DNA from: a virus
Taxonomy: Duplodnaviria > Caudoviricetes
Direction: 5' to 3' (one strand)
Virus record (IMG/VR): IMGVR_UViG_3300042860_000924
Location: 1-55,595 of that record
DNA length: 55,595 bases
Shown here: piece by piece, positions 27,833-39,097 of the stretch
Numbering within the stretch: the first letter of the stretch is position 1
Layout of the letters: each line of letters begins with the position of its first letter
Made by a program: the position numbers and the translations under genes
Notes under the pieces: model-generated
What the model saw: the letters and a program-made list of their open reading frames with translations, nothing else
Database searches by the model: none
What the model was told of the DNA's origin: nothing

Positions 27833-29313
27833 TATGAAGCTGAGCTAAATGGTCTAAATATGTATGCGCGGTTTGATGGGGATGATCCTGCAGCTTGTAT
27901 AACTGATACAACGCCACCAGGTAATGCTCCAGTAAACCAGTTTGAAGAATCTGCAGGGTCTATTGACATTACACGATCGAAGTACCAGAATGTACTAGAT
28001 TCACCGCTACCACCTGAACCTATCCTATCATCCCTAAATACTGTATTAGATGTCACAGATTCTATATTACTAATAGTAACTTTACTATTAGTTAAGTTAT
28101 CATCAACATGTACTAAAGTATTATCGTATTGAGAATAGATACCATCAACAGTAGCTTTACCACCACCAGATAAATTTAAATAGATAGCTGATGTATTGTA
28201 CTTACATTCTAAGTGAGACCTATGTACAGTGAAATCTTTAACGTTACCAGAACCCCTAGCATGGAATAGTACAGCATAGTTCCAAGGTCTATCAGATGTA
28301 CCTGTAGTTCCCTCAAATATACATTGATTTAATTCTATACCAGAGCAACCATTAACAGCAACAGCTACAGCAGCTGGTGTATGTCCGTTCCAGAATCTAC
28401 ATTTGTAGACTTCAGTACTATTAGACTGTGAGTTAGATGATCCATAAGAACCACCTGTCCAACCGCCAGCATAAACAGAACTATCCCCACAATCTACGTT
28501 TATACCAACAGCAGCTATTTTCTGTACAATACAGTTAGTTACTCTAGTACCAAGGCAGAACCTTAAGTGTAATCCAGATGATAAGTTAGTAAAGTTACAA
28601 CTATCTACTATAGAGTTATATGTAGCTTTTAAATGGATACCTTTCTGTAAGCTACTTACTCCTCTAAATGATAAGTTATCAATATTAAAGGCAGTATTAA
28701 CTTCAGAGTTAGCTTGAGTATTAGTAGTGATATTCCTACTCCACATATCAAACGCAGTAGCAGCTACTGTACTATGTACTTCCATTTGAGCAGCATTACC
28801 TGTTATTACAAATAATGCATACTCTCTATCTGTTGTAGATATATTAGTACGTAATGGTAAGAAGCAGGTACTGGTGAGATAATATGATTTTCTTGAGAAG
28901 GAAATAGAGTACATATACTTCTGCTCCATTAGGTTAAAAGCTAACTTAATAGCAGCAGTATCATACGTATCAGCTGTAGTTACAGTATTAGAACCAGTTA
29001 TAGTATTCCACCTAGCATTTACAGTTGTAGAAGTAAAACCATATGAAGCTAATGTACCTTGGGTTGATGTATTAATACATCCAAACCAATCAACAGACCA
29101 AGTATCACCATCAACTATACGTTCCCAGTAACCTAGTGTAGTACTAGTAGGTTTAATTCTAAACCCAGGTACGTTAGCAACTGATGTGTTGTTTGATAAT
29201 ATCCATCTAAATACACCACCACCAGTTTCGGTATTATTATCAAAACGCTCTACAGTATGTGTAGTATAAGCTTGTGAGGATTCTAAATCCCAAAATGTTT
29301 TGTAGTGTGCCAT
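27832..29313 (-). CDS. Tail spike with right-handed beta-helix (pectin lyase-like)
   Basis: N-terminal GGGVFRW...WER...SVDWFG...DTAAIKLA tailspike pattern followed by parallel beta-helix repeats. Confidence 0.75.
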   Translation of the reverse strand: MAHYKTFWDLESSQAYTTHTVERFDNNTETGGGVFRWILSNNTSVANVPGFRIKPTSTTLGYWERIVDGDTWSVDWFGCINTSTQGTLASYGFTSTTVNARWNTITGSNTVTTADTYDTAAIKLAFNLMEQKYMYSISFSRKSYYLTSTCFLPLRTNISTTDREYALFVITGNAAQMEVHSTVAATAFDMWSRNITTNTQANSEVNTAFNIDNLSFRGVSSLQKGIHLKATYNSIVDSCNFTNLSSGLHLRFCLGTRVTNCIVQKIAAVGINVDCGDSSVYAGGWTGGSYGSSNSQSNSTEVYKCRFWNGHTPAAVAVAVNGCSGIELNQCIFEGTTGTSDRPWNYAVLFHARGSGNVKDFTVHRSHLECKYNTSAIYLNLSGGGKATVDGIYSQYDNTLVHVDDNLTNSKVTISNIESVTSNTVFRDDRIGSGGSGESSTFWYFDRVMSIDPADSSNWFTGALPGGVVSVIQAAGSSPSNRAYIFRPFSSAS

Positions 29314-29316
29314 ATA

Positions 29317-30687
29317 TTAAATATTTCTACCAGCAAGTCTGATAGTAGGAGTTTGTCCGTTAGTATTCCAACTCATTACACCTTGATTAACAGGGGGAGT
29401 AGTAATCCACTTTGTAGCATCTTCAGGATTAAATGTAGCTGGTGGGTTAACCCAGAACCAACGACCTGCACCATTGATGTTATTAAATTTAGTATTAGTA
29501 GTTAAGAATGGTACATTGTGTACAATCATCTTAGCATAAGCTGCTGAATCAAAGCTGATTAAGGTACAATCATATTGTGAGAACACAGTATCAATATTAG
29601 CATAACCATCTTTTAATCTTACGTGTACAGCTGCAACTGAAGGTACTTGTTCAATATGACATCCTTTAACAGTAAATTCTTTTACAACTGTAGAGCTATT
29701 ATCATCAAAGTATATTTCGTACTGAGGACCAGCCTGAACACCTTCAAAGATACAATGGTCAATAACTAACCCAGATACAGCTGTAGCCTTAATAGCACCA
29801 AACTGACCTGCAGAATGTCTGAACTTACAATCCCTAATTATACTATGATTAGACTGGGAAGCACTATTAGAACCACCAGTAAATCTAGCATAATCTAATT
29901 CAATACTGATATTGTTTTCCCAGAAGTAACATTGGTCAATTATAGTACCCATTGTCCAACCACCTTTGAAAGCACTTCTAAAGTTAGAGAATCTACATCC
30001 TTCAATACGAGCACCATAGTTAGCTTCCAGATCTATACAGTCAGCACCACGATTAGATGTAGATATAAACTCTACATTACGTATTCTAAACTGCATATCA
30101 ATACCAGAGTTAGCTGCTGTTAAGCTAGCATACTTACGGCTAAATATAGTTGTAGCAGATGTGATTGAGAATCCATGACCCTCAAGTTCTAACATCTTAG
30201 TATAGTTAGGATTTATAGTAACTGGTTGTGTTAAAGTAATATTATTAGCTAAGTGTATAGATCTAATATTAGCGTCAGCGAAAGCTGCTCTAAATTCTGC
30301 TTCATTAGTTACCCAACGAGTATTACCAACATTACCTGTACCACCAGTACCTGTACCAGGAATACCCTGTGGACCCTGAGGTCCTTGTGCTCCAGTATCT
30401 CCTTTGTCACCCTTTTCACCAGTATCACCTTTAAGTCCCTGAATTCCAGGATCACCTGGATCACCTTTAGGACCTTGTAAGCCCATTGGACCAGTACTAC
30501 CTGTAGGACCAGGCACACCAAATATACCACTTATTTCTTCCCAAGAGGTACCGTTATGGAAATAGGATTTCATTGTAGGTACTACTATAATTACATCACG
30601 ATTTGAAACAAAACCAGATGGTTTCTGTAGTGGGAGTTCTGTGGATTCAAATGTGATCCTAGCTAAATTTAAGTCTTTGTTTAACAT
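29317..30687 (-). CDS. Collagen-linked beta-helix tail fibre/spike
   Basis: Gly-X-Y run followed by a beta-helix paralogous to 27832..29313. Confidence 0.75.
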   Translation of the reverse strand: MLNKDLNLARITFESTELPLQKPSGFVSNRDVIIVVPTMKSYFHNGTSWEEISGIFGVPGPTGSTGPMGLQGPKGDPGDPGIQGLKGDTGEKGDKGDTGAQGPQGPQGIPGTGTGGTGNVGNTRWVTNEAEFRAAFADANIRSIHLANNITLTQPVTINPNYTKMLELEGHGFSITSATTIFSRKYASLTAANSGIDMQFRIRNVEFISTSNRGADCIDLEANYGARIEGCRFSNFRSAFKGGWTMGTIIDQCYFWENNISIELDYARFTGGSNSASQSNHSIIRDCKFRHSAGQFGAIKATAVSGLVIDHCIFEGVQAGPQYEIYFDDNSSTVVKEFTVKGCHIEQVPSVAAVHVRLKDGYANIDTVFSQYDCTLISFDSAAYAKMIVHNVPFLTTNTKFNNINGAGRWFWVNPPATFNPEDATKWITTPPVNQGVMSWNTNGQTPTIRLAGRNI

Positions 30688-31025
30688 TATATATCTTTTA
30701 AAAGTTGAGAACTGTCAAGGCAAGAAGAGCACTGGCATATACCACGTACACCTTCAATTACCCATTGTAGATCTTCAGAAGATAAACATTCATCTTCCTC
30801 AGTTTGTGTGTAGATAACATCACCATTTACTTCATATTCATAGTCTAATGGTCTGTATCTTTTTAAAGCATCCATGTAATATTCTAACATAGTTGCTTGT
30901 AGTTTTAAAGTAGTAGCACATGGATTACCAGATCTCTCAGCTATAATAATATTATAGGTTAATACTGGTAAGCAACATTGTGCTTTTAATCTAATTTCTT
31001 GTATATCCTCGTATGTATAAGTCAT
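30687..31025 (-). CDS. Small Cys-rich tail hub/fibre-docking protein
   Basis: QCC and ICQCSSC motifs; small helical protein flanking the fibre genes. Confidence 0.45.
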   Translation of the reverse strand: MTYTYEDIQEIRLKAQCCLPVLTYNIIIAERSGNPCATTLKLQATMLEYYMDALKRYRPLDYEYEVNGDVIYTQTEEDECLSSEDLQWVIEGVRGICQCSSCLDSSQLLKDI

Positions 31026-32284
31026 TAGTTTAATGTAAAGGTTATAGTATCAAGTTTTAGATCTAAGTTACTCATAGGTGTTTTAGCACCATTTAATATT
31101 AATAGTCCCCCAGTTGTAACATACCCAGCTACAAAGGTACCACTAAAGTTATCAAATATAAGTACATGTTGTTGTACAAGTGGTCTGTAGCCAGTATTTA
31201 AAGTTAGAACTGGTATATTAGTAGTTATTAATCCAGCTGTAGCTATACCTAAATTAATAGTTAAGTCTCCTTGCATCACAACACTACTACCTTGTTGCCT
31301 ATATCTAACAGGTCTTGTACCAGGTATATATGGAGATACTGGAGAACCAGTAACCCAACCAGTAGTTGTGTAAGCAAATGGTATAGGTGTCCAGCTAGTA
31401 CCATTCCAATAGAAGAAAGACCCACTAGTTGTATTTAAATACACATCACCAACTACACCAGAACCACTAGGATTAGCAGCTCCTGAATTAAAGTTAGATC
31501 CAGTAGGTGTACCACTAGTACCATCCTCACCACATATTTTTGTAAATGGTGTACCATCAGTTAAGAAGTCAGATAGTATAGGTGTTAATGAGGGTAAGTC
31601 TGATAAGAAAGAAATGTAACATCTCTTTATACTACCAGCATTAGCATCATTTAATGAGAAATTAGTACCTGAAGCATCAGTAGCCCAGCCTATATAAACC
31701 CAAGCATCATCACCATCTGTACCATTAGCGCCAGGTACACCAGCGGGACCTGTTGCTCCAGTAGGCCCAGCAGGACCAGTTGCGCCTGTCGCACCCGTAG
31801 CTCCAGTTGCACCAGTGGCACCAGTCGGTCCAGTAGCCCCTGTAGCACCAGTTGGGCCTGGAGGACCTTGTAAACCACCTAAAGCTAAGTACCATGATGA
31901 ATAAGTACCAGCACCAGTAACTGAAGTTACGTTAACTACAACAGCTCCTGTGCCTGAATTATAACTTGTAATAGTACCATTCATATAGTTGCTACCATCA
32001 AATGATAATACAACTGGCTGAGAAGGTACATAAGACAATCCAGTATCTACTGTAAAGCTTTTAGAGCCTATACTAATAGTTAATGAATCAGAAGATGTAG
32101 TACTAAATACATCACCAGGAGCACCAGCTGCCCCATCTGCACCCGCAGGACCTTGAGTTCCCGTAGCGCCTGTAGCGCCTTGCGGACCTGTAGGGCCTGT
32201 AGCACCTGTTGGTCCTTGTTCTCCTTGTGGGCCTTGAGCCCCTGTCAATCCTGATAAAAGGATTGGATCATCACAACATCCCAT
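31025..32284 (-). CDS. Collagen-repeat tail fibre
   Basis: Two GPTGAT collagen tracts and a C-terminal YRQQG...LNTGYRP fibre-tip domain; begins MGCCD. Confidence 0.8.
   Translation of the reverse strand: MGCCDDPILLSGLTGAQGPQGEQGPTGATGPTGPQGATGATGTQGPAGADGAAGAPGDVFSTTSSDSLTISIGSKSFTVDTGLSYVPSQPVVLSFDGSNYMNGTITSYNSGTGAVVVNVTSVTGAGTYSSWYLALGGLQGPPGPTGATGATGPTGATGATGATGATGATGPAGPTGATGPAGVPGANGTDGDDAWVYIGWATDASGTNFSLNDANAGSIKRCYISFLSDLPSLTPILSDFLTDGTPFTKICGEDGTSGTPTGSNFNSGAANPSGSGVVGDVYLNTTSGSFFYWNGTSWTPIPFAYTTTGWVTGSPVSPYIPGTRPVRYRQQGSSVVMQGDLTINLGIATAGLITTNIPVLTLNTGYRPLVQQHVLIFDNFSGTFVAGYVTTGGLLILNGAKTPMSNLDLKLDTITFTLN
31731..32243 (-). repeat. Collagen-coding 9-nt tandem repeats (two tracts, ~31731-31875 and ~32113-32243)
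   Basis: GC-richer imperfect 9-mers encoding GPT/GAT/GPQ. Confidence 0.85.
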
Positions 32285-32285
32285 A

Positions 32286-34637
32286 TTACGCTACGACTTT
32301 AGAATTTTCAATTGTATAACATTGACCTTGTTTACCTATTGAAACAAAATCATATAAGGTTGCTAATGTTATATCAGCAACTGGATTAGCAGTCATTTGA
32401 TAAGCTGCAGGTGGTGTAGCTATAGCTATAGGTCTGAATACAACAGAACCACCATCTTCTAATTTTATAAATTTATAAGGACCACGATACGTAGAATAAA
32501 TTCCACTTGAATATGCTATACTGGTTATAATTTGACCAGTACCATTATATAAGTAAAATATACCTGCATGTTCAGCCCATACTGGTAAAGTTAGTGCACC
32601 CGCATTAAATATAGCTACATCACTCATATCTAAGAAAGCATAAGCATTATTAGCTGCTGGTGACATATTGATATAGTCATATGTACCAGTCGAGCTTATA
32701 GTAGGAAAGCTAGCAGCAGAAGGAAAAGTTTCAAATGGTCTTGTAGTATTATTACCGTCTATACCTGAATCATCAAATGCGAATTGATCTAATACAAAAA
32801 AACTAGATGGAGCATCTCCTTGTTGAACAGTTTTAGCAGCAGTTTCAACATTACCTATAGTTCTTGATACAGTATTATCAAATAACACATTTCGTATAGT
32901 ACCCCTATTACCACTTAATCTACCACGTAATATAATACCTTGAGTATTCCAAGCATTAGATGTAATAGAAGCATCATTATCTAATGTAAGCTGTTGTAGC
33001 CTACATTGATTTTTATTAGCTGGTACGTTATTTATATTAAGATTAATAGTACCATTAAACACATTTAGATATTGTAAAATAATGCTTTCATTACTATCAA
33101 TATTAAAAAATCTACCAACAAGATCTTGTACTAATAAGTCTTGGTTATTACTAAATATATTTAAACCAGTACGATTATTTATACCTGTAGAATTATATAT
33201 ATCTAAATCAATATTATTAGTGATATGAAAATTACCAAATAAACTACTAAATACACAAGAATCATTCCCATCAATTGTAGAAGAATCTATATCTGAAGTA
33301 GTTATACTAGTAGCATTTATGTTATCTATAATAGTACTATTTTTTATAGTACTATTAGTAATACTAACATCAGCATCATTACCACTTATATTAGTTTTTA
33401 TTATATCAGATGCTGTTACTATACACTCAGAATTAAATGTTACACAATGTTCAATTTTACTTCTTTGTGTATTACCATTATCATATAAAACTACTTGTGA
33501 ATTAAATACAGTATTATCATTAAATGTGTTATTTACTAAGTCAAAGTAAGTACTAATTGGTACAGTTATACTACCATAACTTGGGGATAACGTAACTACA
33601 TTATTCTTAAACTGACCAGAACTATAACATGGTATAAAGAATAAGTCATTAGGTAATCTACCTACAGCCCATCCCCCACTTACAGTTTGACAATCTAATG
33701 TAATTTTATTACCAACAACATTATCAGTACCCCACCTAAAACACTGTAATAATATCTCATTAGCAGTTGTACCACTAGGTACCCCAGTTAATTCAATACT
33801 ATTACCACGTTGATCCCAACGCTTATAAAACTGATCGTCAGTTATATTATACACACACCCATGTATTTCTGTCCTATAATAAGTAGCATTACTTTTTACT
33901 ACAAATGTCCATTCTGCAGGTGTAGCACATGGCGGATTACCTATAGTTGTAGCTGTAGTAGCATTATAAACCTCATTAAAATCTTCAACATAAGTACCTG
34001 AAGAATAGCTAGTAATCTCAGACCATTGTGAAACTGCTGACCTATTAGGAGTCTTAGCTATAAATATACCAACATTATCAAAAGCATTATTACGTATAGC
34101 ACGTAATATTACACCAGCATGAGCACTACCTATATCACCATCACCAACATCATATACCCAGTATGAAGCTCCAGGTGTTAAACCGCTAGAACCTATTAAA
34201 CTTAATGCATTAGCCCTAGTTATAGTGATAAGACCTGCTGTAACAACAGTTATATCAACCTCACCAGATCCAGCATCTGCACCAGCTATACCTGATAATC
34301 CACTACCTAAGAAATCCAAAGTAGTAAAAGGACCACCTGTTACAGTAGTGTTATTTACTTTAATATTTATACCCGCAGAACCTGACCCATCAGCACCTTT
34401 TATCTTTACCCAGTAACCATCAAAGTCAGCTTCAACTGGTGTAAGTGGTGTGCTGCTTGTTATGATAGCTATCCATTCTGAAGTAGCAAGTGGAGTATCA
34501 GCATTAAAACCAGTAACAACATCTGGTGTACCTAAGGTAACATCATCTGCATAGGCTATATAAGTATAAGATGAGACACCATCATTACCATTAGCTCCTG
34601 GAGCTCCTAGTTCTACAATTCCGTCACAACATCCCAT
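32286..34637 (-). CDS. Tail fibre with Asn/Ile-rich beta-solenoid
   Basis: 783 aa; begins MGCCD; [11 protein letters not shown] and RWDQRGNSI motifs followed by N/I/S-rich repeats. Confidence 0.7.
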   Translation of the reverse strand: MGCCDGIVELGAPGANGNDGVSSYTYIAYADDVTLGTPDVVTGFNADTPLATSEWIAIITSSTPLTPVEADFDGYWVKIKGADGSGSAGINIKVNNTTVTGGPFTTLDFLGSGLSGIAGADAGSGEVDITVVTAGLITITRANALSLIGSSGLTPGASYWVYDVGDGDIGSAHAGVILRAIRNNAFDNVGIFIAKTPNRSAVSQWSEITSYSSGTYVEDFNEVYNATTATTIGNPPCATPAEWTFVVKSNATYYRTEIHGCVYNITDDQFYKRWDQRGNSIELTGVPSGTTANEILLQCFRWGTDNVVGNKITLDCQTVSGGWAVGRLPNDLFFIPCYSSGQFKNNVVTLSPSYGSITVPISTYFDLVNNTFNDNTVFNSQVVLYDNGNTQRSKIEHCVTFNSECIVTASDIIKTNISGNDADVSITNSTIKNSTIIDNINATSITTSDIDSSTIDGNDSCVFSSLFGNFHITNNIDLDIYNSTGINNRTGLNIFSNNQDLLVQDLVGRFFNIDSNESIILQYLNVFNGTINLNINNVPANKNQCRLQQLTLDNDASITSNAWNTQGIILRGRLSGNRGTIRNVLFDNTVSRTIGNVETAAKTVQQGDAPSSFFVLDQFAFDDSGIDGNNTTRPFETFPSAASFPTISSTGTYDYINMSPAANNAYAFLDMSDVAIFNAGALTLPVWAEHAGIFYLYNGTGQIITSIAYSSGIYSTYRGPYKFIKLEDGGSVVFRPIAIATPPAAYQMTANPVADITLATLYDFVSIGKQGQCYTIENSKVVA

Positions 34638-35269
34638 TATTTAAAACAATTTTTACAATTATGTTCGTTACAATACCATTGAGCAGCAGCAAGATTTATC
34701 TTAGCTAGGTTAGCCATTCCGCATGCCATAGCATCCTTAGCAGCTCTTAAGTATCGTTTAGCATTATCAATTTTTTCTAAAGCTTCCTTTTTACAATCAA
34801 TACATTGTGATTTAGCTATTTCTTTAGCCATTTTATCCAAGCAACAATTAACTTGGCAGGCTAAAAGCACTTCACATGTATTAGAAGCTATGTAGTTATT
34901 AGTAACATTCCAATCTCCTAAATACTCTACTTTTATCTCATAGATACCATCAGTTATTACACCAGTAGTACCTAAACTTGAGTAAAGGATTGGATATTCT
35001 AATAATTTATTTACATCTGGTAAATAATCAGTTGTGGGTAATGTACTATAACTAGTAAAAGTATAAACAGTACCGCTTGGTGCTGTTATAGTTATAGTAG
35101 CTTCTGTAACATTGGCTGCATCTGGGTTAGCCACCTCTGTACTATCCCACCCACCAGGATTAGATATAGAATTATATACACCTGTAGTATCACGAATAGT
35201 GATGAATTTACAATTAGGTGATTCACAGACCTCAAATGAAATCCTTAAATTAGTATTTACTCTAGCCAT
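34637..35269 (-). CDS. Tail hub/fibre-docking protein
   Basis: DTTGVY...NPGGW, TDGIYEI and a Cys-rich C-terminus (CQVNCC...CIDC...CNEHNCKNC); first gene of the fibre block. Confidence 0.55.
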   Translation of the reverse strand: MARVNTNLRISFEVCESPNCKFITIRDTTGVYNSISNPGGWDSTEVANPDAANVTEATITITAPSGTVYTFTSYSTLPTTDYLPDVNKLLEYPILYSSLGTTGVITDGIYEIKVEYLGDWNVTNNYIASNTCEVLLACQVNCCLDKMAKEIAKSQCIDCKKEALEKIDNAKRYLRAAKDAMACGMANLAKINLAAAQWYCNEHNCKNCFK

Positions 35270-35278
35270 GTTTTTAAT

Positions 35279-35313
35279 AAAAAGGGGTGGGCAGAATAAA
35301 CTACACCACCCCT
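35279..35313 (-). terminator. Intrinsic terminator after the head gene block
   Basis: Minus strand AGGGGTGG-tgtagtttattctgc-CCACCCCT followed by TTTTATT. Confidence 0.8.
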
Positions 35314-35330
35314 AATTTGATTTTTACTTA

Positions 35331-35717
35331 TTAAACTATATACTCAACTAGGATATTAACTACACCAGCAGTTAAATCTGCAGTAGCGACAGTTAATGTA
35401 ATAGCACCGTTAGCAGTAGCTTTAATAGCAGTAGCTGAAGAAGCTAAAGCTAAAGACTTTTTAACAGTACCAGTATTGAGACCATGCGAAGTAGCTGTGG
35501 CTGCAGATACTAAAATAGCACCACCACCATTGATTGCGATAGTAGCACCAGTTGCGGGGGCAACGTTAGTAGTACAATCAACAAAAACTCCTGTTATAAC
35601 TGCTCCTAATGGTATAGTTGAGTTTGTAGCTGGAGTAATAGTACCTTGAGCACCACCATCTACAGCAAAACTATATGTAGCTTTTGCTACTCTTTTTCTT
35701 TGATAACTTGTAGGCAT
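35331..35717 (-). CDS. Small capsid decoration-like structural protein
   Basis: Ala/Thr-rich beta protein (IPLGAVIT...LTAGVVNILVEY) in the head block. Confidence 0.5.
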   Translation of the reverse strand: MPTSYQRKRVAKATYSFAVDGGAQGTITPATNSTIPLGAVITGVFVDCTTNVAPATGATIAINGGGAILVSAATATSHGLNTGTVKKSLALASSATAIKATANGAITLTVATADLTAGVVNILVEYIV

Positions 35718-35735
35718 ATTAAATTATATTAATAG

Positions 35736-37025
35736 TTAGACAGACACTGAAGTTAATCCTATAGATTCCATCCAAGGATTAAGTTGTGCCAAAAGACCTG
35801 CAGTTTGTGCAGCACCATCTACGATATATAATCTAACTTCCTCAGCAGCTGGAGTTGGTCCAGTAGCGAAGTGAGGAGCAGCTACGCCATGTAATATAGA
35901 GATATTATCATAAACAGTAGTTGCGCTAGTGAATGTATTACCATAGGTAGCATTTTGAGCTGTAGTAGTACTCTTATCAGCATCTGTTCTAAGAATTGGT
36001 AACGGGATAGTTACACGATTCATAGGACCATCAAAACCTTGAGCAAAGCTCTCGATTTCAGCTACTTGACGACCATCACCACGACCAAGGCTCATTTCTT
36101 GAGTCTTAGTAAGCACTGTAGAACCAAGTCCGCTAAGACCAACTTTGAAGGTTACACGCATAAACTTGAAGAAGTCAAGACGGTAGTCAAGAGTTTCTCC
36201 AGTCAAGCGGATACCAAAGTTAGCACCAGCAGTAAGTTTACCACAGTCAGCGTTAGCATCGAGGTTACTCTGACTAGGACCTTGGTAAGGCCATTCGAGT
36301 ATGATAGTAGTAGTTGATGGTACAGAAGCTACTTTGTAAACTGGGATACCAGTACCGATACCAGAAGCTACAGTAGTAGTTCCAATACGTACATAATCAC
36401 CAGCTACTAAAGAGTGTGCAGATGAGAAAGAAACTGATCTTCCATCATTTACCACAGTAGCAGTTATACCAGCACCAAAGGCAGCAGCAGAACCACTGTT
36501 AAGCATTTCAGCACGGATATGAGAACCTGGATCAATACAGATCTGTTTAGTAATATCTGCAGCTACTTTTTCAGCAGTTGGTACTGCGAATGTAGAGAAA
36601 TATGTTCTACGATCTAATTGCTCAGAGTATTGCATATCATTAAAGGTATTAGTAATATGAACATAGAAATCATTTCCAGCAGTTACATCTAAGTTCTGTG
36701 AACCAGAACCTACATAACCAATGTGATAGATTTGCTCATTACCCTGAGACCCATCGATCCCAGCATATTTTTTTAAACCTTTACCATAGATAGCATTAGA
36801 ATAGTGGATATTGTTTCCACTACGGTAGGCCAAATATATGTATTCTTGATCGGATACAGTAGACCCAGGAGTAAGATATTTTCTATCTTTACCCAAGGCT
36901 ACGATTTCACCGTCAGCGATATAGTTTGAACCTGTAGGGGATGTGAGTTGTACAGAAGCTCCAGTTGCGGATACGTTCTTACCAATCATCATCTGCATTA
37001 CATTTCTTACAGTTGTAACACTCAT
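35736..37025 (-). CDS. Auxiliary capsid protein (crAss type)
   Basis: 429 aa with FGIRLTG and GRGDGRQVAEIESFAQG motifs; codon bias resembles the capsid gene; crAss synteny. Confidence 0.6.
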   Translation of the reverse strand: MSVTTVRNVMQMMIGKNVSATGASVQLTSPTGSNYIADGEIVALGKDRKYLTPGSTVSDQEYIYLAYRSGNNIHYSNAIYGKGLKKYAGIDGSQGNEQIYHIGYVGSGSQNLDVTAGNDFYVHITNTFNDMQYSEQLDRRTYFSTFAVPTAEKVAADITKQICIDPGSHIRAEMLNSGSAAAFGAGITATVVNDGRSVSFSSAHSLVAGDYVRIGTTTVASGIGTGIPVYKVASVPSTTTIILEWPYQGPSQSNLDANADCGKLTAGANFGIRLTGETLDYRLDFFKFMRVTFKVGLSGLGSTVLTKTQEMSLGRGDGRQVAEIESFAQGFDGPMNRVTIPLPILRTDADKSTTTAQNATYGNTFTSATTVYDNISILHGVAAPHFATGPTPAAEEVRLYIVDGAAQTAGLLAQLNPWMESIGLTSVSV

Positions 37026-37036
37026 TGTTTTTTAAT

Positions 37037-37483
37037 TTAAAGAATTATAAATTTGATTTTAAGAGTACCATTCAAGGCATTGGCAGCAGCTATATTACCT
37101 ACGGTAATTACAGCAGAGCCAGCTGAAGGCAGAGCTTTAAGGATTAATGGAACTCCATTAGTGAACAGTGTCCCGCTATAATCTTCGATCCAAGCAATTA
37201 CATTACTAGAAGTAGTAATTAAACTGTTAGTTAAAGTTACAGCTTGAGTTGCTCCAGCAGCAGTAGTTAGGGTACCAGTAGTAATCTTACCAGACTGTGT
37301 ATTCAATGTTACAGAGTTACCTGTAGCTGAATTAGCAGTGGCTGAAGTAGTTTCCCCTAATATACTGTTTATGAAATCAACTATTGGGTTAAAGTCACTA
37401 GCACGAGTAAAGAGGTTATTACCCTGACCTTTTACAAGTTGGGCTTGTCTTCCTCTAGTAGTAGCGATTTTATCAAAAGCCAT
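37037..37483 (-). CDS. Head fibre/decoration-like structural protein
   Basis: VTLNTQSGKITT...VTLTNSLITTSS...ALNGTLKIKF; Ala/Thr-rich. Confidence 0.5.
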   Translation of the reverse strand: MAFDKIATTRGRQAQLVKGQGNNLFTRASDFNPIVDFINSILGETTSATANSATGNSVTLNTQSGKITTGTLTTAAGATQAVTLTNSLITTSSNVIAWIEDYSGTLFTNGVPLILKALPSAGSAVITVGNIAAANALNGTLKIKFIIL

Positions 37484-37487
37484 TTAA

Positions 37488-38177
37488 TTAGTTATTAGCT
37501 GTTTGTTGTTGTTTAAGACGCATAGCTTCTAAAGCCTTATCTACAGCAATATCAATTATTCTGTAGTATGCTTTATCAACTAGCTCGCAGTTTACATCAG
37601 GTACAGGTACAACAGTAGCATATTGTGAGCCATATTGTATCCTAAGTGGTCTGCGGATATAATCTAAATAGTAAGTGCTTAATGTAACACTACTATCTAC
37701 TAGTAATTCAAAAGTATCAGTATTAGATGTGTTATTATATACTAACCTTAGTACTGCATCAGTAGATGGTTTATTAAAAGGATCATATTTGATCTTATTA
37801 TACCTATCCCTAGTTACTGGGTACACTGGACATCTTTCAGATGTTACCACCCCACATTTAGTGTAAGTGATTTCAGCCTCCTCATGTAAAGCAGTGTAGT
37901 AATCGGAGGGGAGTTGAACTAGCAACCCTCCCTCCTTATTACTTCCAGTATTAAATGTAGTAGTACTAAAAGGTGTAGTAATATTCTTTAACATATCAGC
38001 TAGCTCTTGTGTAGCTTCAACGCCTCTAGCAGTAACAGCTTTAATTAACTCATCTTGACCTATATTCAATAACTCATCGATAGCCTCTGGAGTAAACTCT
38101 GGAGAATTAAAACTATCGACCTTATCGTATAAGATCTTGAATCGTTGATGTGCTTGCGCTAGAGTAAATGTTGCCAT
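37488..38177 (-). CDS. Ring/adaptor protein (crAss gene 74-like)
   Basis: YDKVDS..PEF..E.IDELLN.GQ, LPSDYY and YYLDYIRRP motifs; two genes after the capsid gene. Confidence 0.7.
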   Translation of the reverse strand: MATFTLAQAHQRFKILYDKVDSFNSPEFTPEAIDELLNIGQDELIKAVTARGVEATQELADMLKNITTPFSTTTFNTGSNKEGGLLVQLPSDYYTALHEEAEITYTKCGVVTSERCPVYPVTRDRYNKIKYDPFNKPSTDAVLRLVYNNTSNTDTFELLVDSSVTLSTYYLDYIRRPLRIQYGSQYATVVPVPDVNCELVDKAYYRIIDIAVDKALEAMRLKQQQTANN

Positions 38178-39076
38178 TATTTACGTTGTAATTTACCTAA
38201 GAGACTAATTTTAACTGACTGCCAATCATCAGATTGTAAGTTTTGAAGTGTGGAGATATAAGAATCCCCGAGCTTCTCGCCACCTTTAACATAATATTTA
38301 GGCCCTACTTTCTCAACCAATTTAGCCATCAAGCAATCTTGTAGAAACACAGCTTCTTTATAGAAAGGGTTATTAAACACTTCCAAGAATTTAGTTGGTG
38401 AATCTTCAATTACTTGCTTCATATTTGCGTTGATAAAGTCAGGCTTTGAATTATTAGATACTTTAAATTTACCTTCTTCGTATACTTTTAAGAAGTCCAT
38501 ACGTTCAGAGAGTGTCATAGAACCAAGCTTAGAATAAGCTGCAGTTAACAGTTCAAGACTCTTAGCTTCCTTAGATTTCTCAGCCTCTGTTGAAGTGATA
38601 ATATAATCTGCTCTAGCCTTGTCTTTACAACCATTGATACCGTCTGAATATATACGACTACTAGCCTTTAGAATAAGGTAATCTAGTTTGTTTTTTGCGT
38701 TAACGTCACAGTCAAGAATTAATCCTTCTGCTGGAATTTTAATAAAATAATTTCCCCAATAAGCACGATTGTTTTCGTGAAAGTCTTTTTGGTCGGTATT
38801 TAAAGCCCAAGCAAGAGCTTCACGTAATAGTGGGGATGTAATCCCTGTTATTACTGCGCCTCTGTTAAATGGGCTTAATTCAGGTGTATACATTGTAAAT
38901 GTACCTACGTGTAATACTCTACCATCTGAGTTACCAGCCATAGTGCTTAACCATGTAGTTCTATTATTTTTTATAATAAATTTACCCGAAATCTTATTTA
39001 ATTCCGCTCTATAAATTTCTTCTTGTGTAGGAGTACTAACCTCCTTAACACTAACGTCTTTTGTTATTTTTTCCAT
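38177..39076 (-). CDS. Conserved crAss protein downstream of the major capsid gene (gene 75-like)
   Basis: 299 aa directly following the capsid gene; YWGNYFIKIPAEGLILD motif. Confidence 0.6.
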   Translation of the reverse strand: MEKITKDVSVKEVSTPTQEEIYRAELNKISGKFIIKNNRTTWLSTMAGNSDGRVLHVGTFTMYTPELSPFNRGAVITGITSPLLREALAWALNTDQKDFHENNRAYWGNYFIKIPAEGLILDCDVNAKNKLDYLILKASSRIYSDGINGCKDKARADYIITSTEAEKSKEAKSLELLTAAYSKLGSMTLSERMDFLKVYEEGKFKVSNNSKPDFINANMKQVIEDSPTKFLEVFNNPFYKEAVFLQDCLMAKLVEKVGPKYYVKGGEKLGDSYISTLQNLQSDDWQSVKISLLGKLQRK

Positions 39077-39097
39077 TCTTCTTCCTATTTAATTAGA

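Noticed and set aside
18537-31878. Alternate-frame minus-strand ORFs 18537..18770, 30309..30530 and 31690..31878
   Set aside because: They are nested within larger genes; the last two are by-products of collagen codon repeats.
27832-34637. Diversity-generating retroelement targeting the tail fibres
   Set aside because: There is no reverse transcriptase in the window and I saw no ~100-nt repeat pair differing at adenines. Only the rest of the genome could change this.
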